Shown piece after piece: positions 24,668-33,779 of a stretch of 64,000 nucleotides of DNA. The notes beneath the pieces are model-generated. The model was not told the DNA's origin. It saw nothing but the letters and a program-made list of their open reading frames with translations, and ran no database searches. A program made the position numbers and the translations under genes. Origin of the DNA: an uncultured delta proteobacterium (lineage in GTDB: Bacteria; Myxococcota_A; Polyangia; Polyangiales; Polyangiaceae); contig CAVQUB010000005.1 of NCBI GenBank assembly GCA_963716725.1, positions 576,001 through 640,000 on the forward strand, written 5' to 3'. Every line of letters starts with the position of its first letter. Positions within the stretch are counted from its first letter, which is position 1.

Positions 24668-26842
24668 TCATCGCACCATCGCCGGCGGGCGGCTCGTGGG
24701 GCGGAAGACTTTCCGGCGGAAATCTTCCAGAGCGCGAGAGGGTTCGGCGCCCAGCTCTCGCTCCAGGATCTTGCGGAACTCGTCGTACTGCGCCCGCGCT
24801 TCACCCGGGCGTCCCATGTGCACGAGCGTATCGAGCAGCGACACCAGGAGGTCTTCGCGGTAGGGAGCGAGGCGTACCGCGCGGCGCATCAGCTCGAGTG
24901 AACGCTCGGCCTCGCCCTGGGTGGCGAGCACGGCGGCCAAACGCTCGAGGGCGGTGACCTGTTGTTCCGCGAGCTCGCGGCGGTCGAGCTCGCACCACTC
25001 GGCGTAGGGCTCGTCCTCGAAGAGCTCGCCGCGGTAGAGCGCGACCGCTTGCTCGAGAGCGTCGATGCTCTGGGGCGCGAAGTCGTGGACCGCGCGGAGC
25101 CCCCGGTTCAAGAGCGAGCGGTAGCGCAGAAGATCGATGTCCAGGGGCGCCTCGAGGTCCAGGTAATAGAGCTCGCCGCGGTTGCGCACGTAGAGCCAGG
25201 TTCGTTCGGCGCGATGTGGCTCGATCACGGATCTGAGCGCGTGCACGACCCCGTGCAAGCGGTTGGCGCCGCTCTGAGGATCGGCGTCCGGCCAGAGGTG
25301 CTCGATCAGGAAGTCTTTACTGAGCGGCGTGCCCGCCTTGAGCGCTAGCAGCTTGAGCAGGCCCAGGGCCTTGCTCCGTGGGAACTGCTCGGCCGGGATC
25401 GGTGTGCCGCGCTGAAGCAGCTCGAAGGGGCCCAGACAGCGGATCTCGAGGTCGGGCGGGGGGGCGCTGGTCACGACCACCTCGTCGCTGGCCGGATTGA
25501 GCTTCAGCCCTGGGTGGGTGCTGGCCAGGTGGATGGCCGCTTGTTGGGACATCACGAGCAGCGGCACCAGGCCCGCGGCGGCATTCGACTCGCCCTTGCG
25601 ACCCAAGTCCAAGGTGAGGAGCCCGTGAAAGCGTCCATTTTCCATCAGCGGCAAGCAGCAGGGGCTCACGACCCGGCGCGGCACGCCGCGCCGACACGGC
25701 ACTGGCCAGGCCCGACGCCCGGGATCCGGAGCGAAGCCGTGCCCATCGAGCACCGAGGGACACTCGGCCCACGCGCCGGCCTCGGCGTGGGCGCAGAGGA
25801 GGGTTGCCGGACCGGTGGAGACGACTCGTGCCGGCAATCCGGTGTTCGGATCCACCAGCGCGATGCTGCCGTAGGTGGCGTCGGCCGAACGACGGACGCA
25901 CTCGAGCAGCGCGCGCAGCTGAGCCGATGACCCGGACTCATGGGGAGCGCAGGCCTCGTCGACCGACTGACGCAACGACGCCAGGCCGGCGCGCACTGCG
26001 CTGGCCAGGGGCACCGCTACCTGCTCCAAGAGCGCGACCGCGCGGTCTGCCGGGAAGTCCTCCCGGCGAGACAGCAGGTGGATCGATCCGAAGGATCCGC
26101 GCGGTTCTTTCAGCGGAGAGCAGGCGTAGGATTTGATGCCGGAGTCGAGCACGCGTCTGCGCAGGTATCGGGGATCGTCTGCCAGGTCACCCTGCTTGAA
26201 GAACGACTCTCCCGTTGCCGTGACGATGCCGGGGTAGCCGGCCCCCGGCTCGAAGCGCGTGCGCTCGACGAGGGCCTCGCCATCGGTTCCCACCCACACC
26301 GAGAGCAGGACGTCCTTGCCGTCGGGTTCGGACAAGAAGAGCTCGCAGTCGTCGGCTCCCGCGGCGCTGCGCAGGGTCTCCAGCGCGTTCGTCAGGCTGT
26401 TGAACAGGTCGTCGGGCGAGAGGTGGGCCGCGACGGCGGCCACCACGGCTGGGATGTCGAACTCGTCGGCGCTGAGCGCAGCGCTCAGGTTCCGCTGCAC
26501 CACGTCGATCAGCGCCGCATTGTCGAAGGGCTTGGTGAGGTAGTCGCTGGCGCCCTCTTTCATCGCCTCGACGGCCGAGTCGATGCTGCCGAAGGCCGTG
26601 AGCAACACGACTCGCGTCCGTGGCCAGCGCTGCTTGATCTCGGAGAGCAGTTCCACGCCGTCCATGTACGGCATGCGGATGTCACTCAAGACCAGCGCGA
26701 ACTCACTCGACTCGAGGCGAGCGAGGGCGTCGCTCGCGGAGTACGCGACGTTGACCGTGAGCGGCAGCTCGCCCAGCAGCATGCCAATGCCGTCCGCCAT
26801 GTCACGGTTGTCGTCGACGACGAGGACGTTCGGGCCCGTCAT
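24668..26842 (-). CDS. Response regulator REC-GAF-(GAF-like)-wHTH-BTAD (SARP-type)
   Basis: VLVVDDN, SDIRMP, LTAFGS, YLTKPF; GAF (GYPGIV, DDPRY); IRCLGPF, LWPD, LYRGELF, ELGAEPS. Confidence 0.88.
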   Translation of the reverse strand: MTGPNVLVVDDNRDMADGIGMLLGELPLTVNVAYSASDALARLESSEFALVLSDIRMPYMDGVELLSEIKQRWPRTRVVLLTAFGSIDSAVEAMKEGASDYLTKPFDNAALIDVVQRNLSAALSADEFDIPAVVAAVAAHLSPDDLFNSLTNALETLRSAAGADDCELFLSEPDGKDVLLSVWVGTDGEALVERTRFEPGAGYPGIVTATGESFFKQGDLADDPRYLRRRVLDSGIKSYACSPLKEPRGSFGSIHLLSRREDFPADRAVALLEQVAVPLASAVRAGLASLRQSVDEACAPHESGSSAQLRALLECVRRSADATYGSIALVDPNTGLPARVVSTGPATLLCAHAEAGAWAECPSVLDGHGFAPDPGRRAWPVPCRRGVPRRVVSPCCLPLMENGRFHGLLTLDLGRKGESNAAAGLVPLLVMSQQAAIHLASTHPGLKLNPASDEVVVTSAPPPDLEIRCLGPFELLQRGTPIPAEQFPRSKALGLLKLLALKAGTPLSKDFLIEHLWPDADPQSGANRLHGVVHALRSVIEPHRAERTWLYVRNRGELYYLDLEAPLDIDLLRYRSLLNRGLRAVHDFAPQSIDALEQAVALYRGELFEDEPYAEWCELDRRELAEQQVTALERLAAVLATQGEAERSLELMRRAVRLAPYREDLLVSLLDTLVHMGRPGEARAQYDEFRKILERELGAEPSRALEDFRRKVFRPTSRPPAMVR

Positions 26843-28620
26843 GCCTTGGTTTCCATGGCGCGGGACTCGGCAGTCGGCAAGAGGATGCGGAACGTTGTCC
26901 CGCGATTTTCGGCACTATCGACCGTCATCCGCCCGTGGTGAGCCTTGACGATGTTGTCAGCGACGGCGAGGCCGAGGCCGGTTCCCGAGGGTTTCGTGGT
27001 GAAGAAGGGCTGGAAGATCTGCGCGAGCTGATCCGGCGGGATGCCGCTCCCGGTGTCGCTGACCTCGACCACGCGGGCGGTCGCGTCCCGGTCTTGGGTC
27101 TCGTACGCGCGAATCGAGACACGATCCCCCTCCTGAGAGGCTTCGACGGCGTTCAGCGCGAGGTTCAGCAGCGCCTGGCGGAGCTGCCCGGCGTCCCCTT
27201 CGGCCCACAGCGGGGCGGCGTTGGAGCGGCTCTCGTCCGCGACCTGTACTCCGTAGGTCGCCGCCAGCGCCTCCACCGACTGCGCCACGTCTTTGCACAG
27301 TAGCCGGAGATCGACCCGCTCGTGCTCGGGAGTTCGCGGCCGCGCCAGCTCCAGCAGATCACCGGTGATCTTGCGGCAGCTCTCGGCGTTGCGGCGGATG
27401 GTCTCGAGGTGTTTCTGAATGGGGCTGCCCGGCGGCAGCTTCGCCAAGGCGTGCTGCGCGTAGAGCGAGACCACGCCGATGGGGTTGTTGATCTCGTGGG
27501 CCACGGCCGCGGCGATCTTGCCCACCACGGCCATGCGCTCGTCGTGCATCAGGTGACGCTCGAGCGCCAAGCGGTCCGTGATGTCGCGAGTGACGGTGAC
27601 CAGACCGAGCGGTGCCTCGTGGTGGTCGCGCACCACGGAGCAGGTGGCCTCGTAGCTCATGCCACTCCGCGTGAACGCAGGCTGCGTCTTCGAGCCCCGC
27701 CCGCGCGCCACGGACTCGAAGAGCGCTGCCAGCGTCTCGGGGCCGTTGGGATCGGTTTCGTCACTGGGGCCCGCCCCGCGGCGGAGTTCGCGCGCCCGCT
27801 CGTTGCTCAGCAGCACACGCCCTTCGGGATCCGAAAACGTCACTGCGTCTGCCATGCAGTCGATGATGGCCTGAAGACGCGAGCGTTCGAGCTCGATGGC
27901 CGTTCTGGTCTCGGCCAGACGCTCCTTTTCGACCGACAAGTCGTCGACCGTGGTGGCCAGGCGCAGCTCGCTGTCGTGGAGCCGCGCCGTCAGATAGCGC
28001 GCAGTGTACGAGCTCGCGACCAGGGTGAGGCCTAGACCTCCCAGGGCACCCAAGGACCAGGGGCTCAGCGTCCGACCCCAGCAAGCGTGCCCGCCGCGCA
28101 GACAATGATGCGGCAGCCAGCCGGCGCCTTCGCCGACCACGACGACGACCGCCAAGGCCAAGGCCACCAGCAGAAGCGCGGAGGCAGCGCGGGGTCGAAG
28201 CACGATGTTCGCGTTGACGACGTGCAGCACGAACAGAGAGAGGAACGGGTTTTCGACGCCGCCGGAGAAGTGCACGAGCGCCGCCAGCGCCAGGCAGTCG
28301 ATCACGATCTGGCCGGCGAAGTGCGTCAGCCAGGGGCGGCCCCAGCTCCTGCCGAGCAGCGTCAGCGCGGTGTTGTACGAGGCCAATGCGGCGAGCACCG
28401 TCCAGAGCGCGGGCGCCGAGTTCGGCGGCAGGATGCCCATGACCGGGCCCGTGACGCCGAGCACGATCGCGACGCCGACGATGGCGATCCAGCGCAGGCC
28501 CACCAGCCATCGAAAGACGGCGTCACCCGGCTCGGAGCCCGACAGCGGCGTGACGCCCCAGCGGGAGATCGCGTCGCGCAGTGTCCGTCCGGCCGTGGCC
28601 ATCGGCGCGCGGGCGGGCAT
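26839..28620 (-). CDS. Membrane sensor histidine kinase with RegB/PrrB-like N-terminus and PAS domain
   Basis: WLVGLRWIA, SGGVENPF, multiple TM helices, PAS (VTRDITDR), H-box AHEINNP, NLALNA, DTGSGI, FFTTKPSGTGLGL. Start uncertain. Confidence 0.92.
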   Translation of the reverse strand: MPARAPMATAGRTLRDAISRWGVTPLSGSEPGDAVFRWLVGLRWIAIVGVAIVLGVTGPVMGILPPNSAPALWTVLAALASYNTALTLLGRSWGRPWLTHFAGQIVIDCLALAALVHFSGGVENPFLSLFVLHVVNANIVLRPRAASALLLVALALAVVVVVGEGAGWLPHHCLRGGHACWGRTLSPWSLGALGGLGLTLVASSYTARYLTARLHDSELRLATTVDDLSVEKERLAETRTAIELERSRLQAIIDCMADAVTFSDPEGRVLLSNERARELRRGAGPSDETDPNGPETLAALFESVARGRGSKTQPAFTRSGMSYEATCSVVRDHHEAPLGLVTVTRDITDRLALERHLMHDERMAVVGKIAAAVAHEINNPIGVVSLYAQHALAKLPPGSPIQKHLETIRRNAESCRKITGDLLELARPRTPEHERVDLRLLCKDVAQSVEALAATYGVQVADESRSNAAPLWAEGDAGQLRQALLNLALNAVEASQEGDRVSIRAYETQDRDATARVVEVSDTGSGIPPDQLAQIFQPFFTTKPSGTGLGLAVADNIVKAHHGRMTVDSAENRGTTFRILLPTAESRAMETKA

Positions 28621-28767
28621 CTGAGAAGGAGCGTGCCACCCGCCCCCGGTGCGATCAAGTCGCGATCCGACCGATGGCGCCCCAGCGTGCATCGAGGCCG
28701 AAACGCCAGGACATTCCCTGGGGGGGAAGGAGCCGTCTCACCCGGACACGCACCGGGCGCGAACTCA

Positions 28768-29263
28768 GAGCCTGTGAGGGGGTCCCCGCCGCCCACGAAG
28801 GAAGGAGCACCGGCAGCGCTTCGGGGTCGCCGGCATGGGGGCGAGGCGCGCGAGAGACGCTGGGTCGGGTCTGTGCGGAGCCGCGAGCAGCAGTGTCGCG
28901 GACTGGGCGCGAGCGCTTCCGACCTGGACGCCTTCCCGCCCGGAGCTCTACCGCGCTCGAAGGCGAAACGGTCCTGCCAAGCGTCAGTTCCGGACCCACT
29001 GCGCTGCCGCTGACAAGGACCTGAGGGGGCGTCCCGTGCACGACCCTTGGAAGTCCCTGGCGAGGGACGACCCTTGGAAGTCCCTGGCGAGGGACGACCC
29101 TTGGAAGTCCCTGGCGAGGGACGACCCTTGGAAGTCCCTGGCGAGGGACGACCCTTGGAAGTCCCTGGCGAGGGACGACCCTTGGAAGTCCCTGGCGAGG
29201 GACGACCCTTGGAAGTCCCTGGCGAGGGACGACCCTTGGAGGGGGGCGTGCAAGCACCGTCCC
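28768..29263 (-). mobile_element. MITE-like, transposase-less relative of the downstream IS1182-family element, inverted
   Basis: 28995-29041 and 29229-29264 align to the reverse complement of 30777-30857; outer end GAGCCTGTGAG matches the IS right end GAGCGGGTGAG at 9/11. Confidence 0.6.
29040..29240. repeat. 27-bp perfect tandem array, seven copies plus a partial, each with a hairpin
   Basis: Unit ACGACCCTTGGAAGTCCCTGGCGAGGG; GTCCCT-GGCG-AGGGAC stem; no spacers. Confidence 0.97.
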
Positions 29264-29495
29264 ACGCTCGGCGTCACGAGGGAAAGAGCACCGCATCCCC
29301 ATTTCTTTCTTGACGCGTTTCCAGGCGACTCGGGCTCGCACTTCGCCGGGCATGTCACCGAAGGCCTCTCTGTTGCGCGACGAAGCTCGCCCATCGTGTT
29401 TCGCTCGAGCGACGACGCGCGACGCGTTTGGACGCGTGAAACGCGCTCACCGTGTCGGCCGCGAGGCCAAAAAACAGCGTGTTATGCCAGAAAGC

Positions 29496-30779
29496 ATGCA
29501 CGCTCTCTCTTCGGTCTCCGATCGCGAGCTTCGCGAGCGCCTCTCCTCCGCCGTGAGCGCCGAGCAGCTGGCTTCTGCCGACGTCATCTTCCACCTGGCG
29601 GAGCTCGACCGCCGAAAGCTCTACCTCGAGGACGCCTGCTCCTCACTCTTCGCGTACTGCGTGGAGCGGCTCGGCTACTCCGAGGACGGCGCGAGCAAGC
29701 GAGTCCGTGTCGCCCGCTTGGTTCTGCGTTTTCCCCAGGCCCTCGACGAGCTCGCGAGCGGCGCCATCCACCTGACCGGACTGTTCCTGCTCTCCGGGCA
29801 CCTCACGGAAGACAACGCCGATCGACTCATCGCCGAGGCTCGCGGCAAGTCGAAGCGGCAGCTCGAGGAGCTGCTCGCTCGGTGGGCGCCCCGGTCCGAC
29901 GTACCGGCGACCATCACCCCGAGCGGGCCCGAGCCAGCTCGAGCGGAGTTATCAACAATGTCCGGGACAGGTGGCTCCGAGCTGTCGGCGCCGCCGCCAT
30001 CGGCGCACCGTCCTCGTGTCGAGCCGCTCTCGGCCACGAGCTTCCGCGTGGAATTCACCGCCAGTGCCACGCTCCGCGACAAGCTCGAACCCGCCCGGAA
30101 CCTCCTCAGCCACGCCGTGCCGAGCGGGGATCTCGCGACCCTGATCGAGCGAGCCATCGATCAGCTCATCGCCGTGGAGACGAAGCGCCGCGCGGGCGCG
30201 GGCCAGCCACGCAAGCGCCGTGAAACTCGCGCCGGCTCGCGCCACGTGCCGGTGGAGGTCCAGCGCGCGGTGCGGGAGCGGGATGGCAACCAGTGCACCT
30301 TCGTCGATGCCGAGGGACGCCGCTGCTCCGAAAATAGACCGTCCGGCCGGGCCGGAGGAGCGCCGTCCGCTGATGCGAACAGTCGCAAGGAGCCATCTCG
30401 AGTCAGGACGCTGAACACGAGTGGTTTCCTGACCATCGAGCACGTCGACCCGTACGCGATGGGAGGACCAACGACAGTGGATAACTGCTGCCTGCTTTGT
30501 TCGGCTCACAACGCCCACCGGGCGCGACAGGTCTACGGCGAGCAGCACGTCCGGAAGAAGGTCTCGGAGGCTCGCGCGGGCCGGGAAGCGAGCGGTGTGT
30601 CTGCGGGGACTGCGGCCGAGCTGAAGAGCGAAGTGTTCGAGAAGGTGCTGGCGGCTCTGCTTCACTCGGGGTTCAAGCGGCACGAGGCGCGGCGAGCCCT
30701 CGAACAGGTGCGCTCGCTCGGAGTCGAGCCGCAGCTCGAGCCCGTGCTGCGCGGAGCGCTGGCGGTACTCACTCCCTGA
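29496..30779 (+). CDS. DUF222-like/HNH endonuclease with RuvA-C-like tail
   Basis: LAELDRRKLYL..SSLFAYC N-terminus; RHVP..VRERDGNQC, EHVDPYAMGG, NCCLLCSAHN; C-terminal ALLHSGFK..EARRAL. Confidence 0.85.
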   Translation: MHALSSVSDRELRERLSSAVSAEQLASADVIFHLAELDRRKLYLEDACSSLFAYCVERLGYSEDGASKRVRVARLVLRFPQALDELASGAIHLTGLFLLSGHLTEDNADRLIAEARGKSKRQLEELLARWAPRSDVPATITPSGPEPARAELSTMSGTGGSELSAPPPSAHRPRVEPLSATSFRVEFTASATLRDKLEPARNLLSHAVPSGDLATLIERAIDQLIAVETKRRAGAGQPRKRRETRAGSRHVPVEVQRAVRERDGNQCTFVDAEGRRCSENRPSGRAGGAPSADANSRKEPSRVRTLNTSGFLTIEHVDPYAMGGPTTVDNCCLLCSAHNAHRARQVYGEQHVRKKVSEARAGREASGVSAGTAAELKSEVFEKVLAALLHSGFKRHEARRALEQVRSLGVEPQLEPVLRGALAVLTP

Positions 30780-32290
30780 GACGGTTCGTGCACACCCCCG
30801 ACAAAGGGGGGGTGCACGGGATGCCGCCTTTGGTCCCGGCAGCGGCAGCGCCGTGGGCACGAATGCCGACGGGTAGAAGTGTTCGTGATGAGCTCTTCAC
30901 ACTCAGATCCGAAACGCGGCGCCCGACTTCGACAGGCCCATCGTGAGCAACTCGGCTGGGGGCGCATCGATCTGGACGCGCAGGTACCTCACGACCACCC
31001 CGTGCGTGCCATCGCCGCGGTGATCGACCGCCTGGACCTCTCGAAGCTCTACGCTCGCATCGATGCACGCGACTCGAACCCCGGAGCGCCGGCCATCGAC
31101 CCCAAGCTCTTGCTCAGCCTGTGGGTGTACGCCACCAGCGACGGCGAGAACAGCGCTCGGGAGATCCAGCGCCTGACCGAGCTGCACGCCGCCTATCGGT
31201 GGCTGTGCGGCGGGGTGAGGCTCAACCACCACACGCTCAGCGACTTTCGCAGCCACAACGCCGAGGTGTTCGACGACCTGATCACGCAGGTGCTGGCCTT
31301 GCTCATGAGCCACGACCTGGTGGACCTCATGCGTGTCGCGCAGGACGGCACGCGCGTACGGGCCAGTGCTGGGGCGAGTTCTTTTCGCAAGGGCACCACG
31401 CTGGAGGCTCTGCGCCAGGAGGCTCTTCTCCCATCTGGCCGCGGTCACGGCAGACACCGAGAGCAGCTCACGCCGAGCCGCGGCGCAGAAGCGTGCAGCC
31501 CAGGATCGCCTCGACCGGCTCGACGCGGCGCTCGCGCAGTTGCCCGGGGCCGCGAAGACCAAAAGCAAGAGCGGCGCCAAGGACCCGACCCCTCGAGTGT
31601 CGACGACCGATCCGCAGGCACGGGTGATGAAAATGGGCGACGGAGGATTCCGGCCCGCCCACAACGTGCAGCTCGCCACGACCGCCGACGACGCGCGGGT
31701 CATCGTCGGTGTCGCCGGCACCCACCGCGGCAGCGACATGGCCGAATCGACTCCGATGCTCGAGCAGATCGAGAAGCGGACTGGCGTCCGGCCACGAGAG
31801 CTCCTCGTCGATGGGGGATACGCGAAGCATGAAGCCATCGACGAAGCAGCCGCGCGCAACGTCACCGTCTACGCTCCGCTGCCCAAGCCCCGCAACGACG
31901 ACGGCTCTGACCCTCATCGGCCGAGGGATACCGACAGCTCAGCCGTTGCCGCCTGGAGACACCGCATGGCCACCGACGAGGCCAAGCAGATCTACCGGCA
32001 ACGGGCCGCGACCGCCGAGTCCGTCCACGCGGACGCCAAAACGCACCGCGGGCTCGACTCGCTGACCCTGCGGGGACGGGGCAAGGCTCTCGCCAGCGTG
32101 ACGCTCTTCGCGCTCACGTACGACATCCTGCGCGCCATCACGCTCGGCGTCTGACCCCTCCACCGCTCTGCTTCCGCGCTCGGACCACCCGAATCGCGTC
32201 GCGCCCCACGCGCTCCCGCCCTGCGCCTGGGACTCGCCCTCGCTCGATCCCCCGGCGGCGCATGCTCAACCGATTTCTTCTCACCCGCTC
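30778..32290 (+). mobile_element. IS1182-family insertion sequence
   Basis: Transposase bounded by GAG...CTC ends; ends inferred from homology to the 28768-29263 element. Confidence 0.75.
30888..32154 (+). CDS. IS1182-family DDE transposase (frameshift near 31425)
   Basis: HPVR, AIDPKLLL, SAREI, YRWLCG, HHTLSDFR, DGTRVRASA, STTDPQARVMK, DGGY, YRQRAATAESV over two frames. Confidence 0.9.
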
Positions 32291-33671
32291 AGCAGGGGTG
32301 TGGGCAGCCCTTGCGCGTGTAGTACCACCAGTTGATGGCCACCGCGACGACGTAGAAGATGGAAGCGCCGATGAAGAACGGCACCGCCGACTTGATGCCC
32401 GTGGAGGCGTGGGTGGACGCGATGACCTCGCCGATCGCAATCGCGAAGAAGAACGGACCATAGGCAGCGACCGCGGACGTCCACCCCAGCACTTGCGCAC
32501 CCTGGCGGGGGCTGTGGGCGAAGATCAGCGGGAACTGGCGGAAGGTCGAGGCGTTGCCGACGCCCGAGAAGAAGAAGATGGCCAGCATCAGACCGACGAA
32601 GGTGCTGAAGCTGTCGAGCGAGGTGGGGGCGATGGCGCCGGTGAACCAGAGCGCGCCGCTGCAGACGATGAGTCCGATCCCAGCGAGCTGGGTGAGGATG
32701 GCGCCGCCGACTTTGTCCGCTACGAATCCGAAGAGCACCCGCATCGCGGAGCCGATGAGCGGGCCGTAGAAGGCGTACTTGAGCGGATCTGGCGCGTTCG
32801 GAAAGCCGCCGTAGAGGCTCTTGATCATCATCGGGAACGCGGCTGCGAAGCCAGCGAAGGACCCAAAGGTCATCACGTAGGTGATGGTGCAAAACCAGGT
32901 GTGCTTGTTCTTGAAGATGTCGAGCTGTTCGCGGAACGAGGCCTTCACCGGCACGGAGCGCAGCCCGAACCAACAGGCGACGCCGGTGATCACGAGCAGC
33001 GGTACGTACCAATAGACGCCGTTCTGAAGCCACATGTCGCTGGTCTTCCCGGCCTTGGTGAAGGTCTGCGGCGATCCAGAGACCGCGCCGAGCGCCGCGA
33101 CTCCGACGATCCACGGGGTGACGAACTGGGTGAGGCTGACGCCGAAGTTTCCGATGCCGGCCTGAATGCCGAGCGCTGCACCCTGGAGGCGCTTGGGAAA
33201 GAAGAGGCTGGTGCTCGGCATGTGGGACGAGAAGTCTCCACCGCCGAACCCCGCCAGGAACGAGAAGACCATGAACACCCAGTACGGAGTGTCGAGGCTG
33301 ACCACCGCCATGCCGAGGCCAACGCAGGGGATGATCTTCAGGAAGGTCGCGACGCTGATCACCTTCCTAGTGCCCAGGATGGGGATCAGGAACGTGTGAA
33401 TGATGCGGAAGGAGCCGCCGGCGAGTCCCGGCATGGCAGCGAGCCAGAACAGCTCTCGCTCAGTGAACTTGAAGCCAATGGCGGGGATGCGTACGACGAG
33501 CGCGCTGACCACGAACCACGTGGCGAAGGAGAGCGTCAGCGCGATGGTGGTCAGGATCAGCGTACGCCACGCGATCTTGCTGCCTGTGCGCTCCCAGAAC
33601 CCCTGGTCTTCAGGCGTCCATTCCTTCAGCCAGTCGCCGTCGGTCTGGGGCTTGCTCGCTTCAGCGCTCAT
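32289..33671 (-). CDS. narK: NarK-family nitrate/nitrite MFS transporter
   Basis: WTPED..FW, AGFGGGDFSS, GIGNFGVS, MTFGSFAGF, GVGNASTFR, NWWYY. Confidence 0.95.
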   Translation of the reverse strand: MSAEASKPQTDGDWLKEWTPEDQGFWERTGSKIAWRTLILTTIALTLSFATWFVVSALVVRIPAIGFKFTERELFWLAAMPGLAGGSFRIIHTFLIPILGTRKVISVATFLKIIPCVGLGMAVVSLDTPYWVFMVFSFLAGFGGGDFSSHMPSTSLFFPKRLQGAALGIQAGIGNFGVSLTQFVTPWIVGVAALGAVSGSPQTFTKAGKTSDMWLQNGVYWYVPLLVITGVACWFGLRSVPVKASFREQLDIFKNKHTWFCTITYVMTFGSFAGFAAAFPMMIKSLYGGFPNAPDPLKYAFYGPLIGSAMRVLFGFVADKVGGAILTQLAGIGLIVCSGALWFTGAIAPTSLDSFSTFVGLMLAIFFFSGVGNASTFRQFPLIFAHSPRQGAQVLGWTSAVAAYGPFFFAIAIGEVIASTHASTGIKSAVPFFIGASIFYVVAVAINWWYYTRKGCPHPC

Positions 33672-33779
33672 GGGATCATCTCCTCTCGGGCCGGCCCCTA
33701 CTTGCCCCAGCCCCCTTACGTGGGGCTTACAGCACAAAACGCGCAACTCTTGCGGTCCGGGCGGGCGTAGAGTCTCGGG

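Noticed and set aside
29040..29240. CRISPR array
   Set aside because: Units are identical and contiguous with no spacers; no cas genes in the window.
28655..30223. ORFs reading through the 27-bp array in several frames
   Set aside because: They stay open only because the unit is a stop-free multiple of three; no protein motifs.
30370..30400. Hammerhead ribozyme in the HNH insert
   Set aside because: CTGATGC is not CTGATGA, and there is no correctly placed GAAA core.
31415..31440. Programmed frameshift in the transposase
   Set aside because: IS1182 transposases are normally single ORFs and there is no A-rich slippery site; likely a one-base insertion or read error.
30771..32295. Empty IS site reconstructed as a CTAG shared stop between HNH and narK
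   Set aside because: The join works on paper but shows no target duplication; the composite-element reading explains more of the flanking homology.
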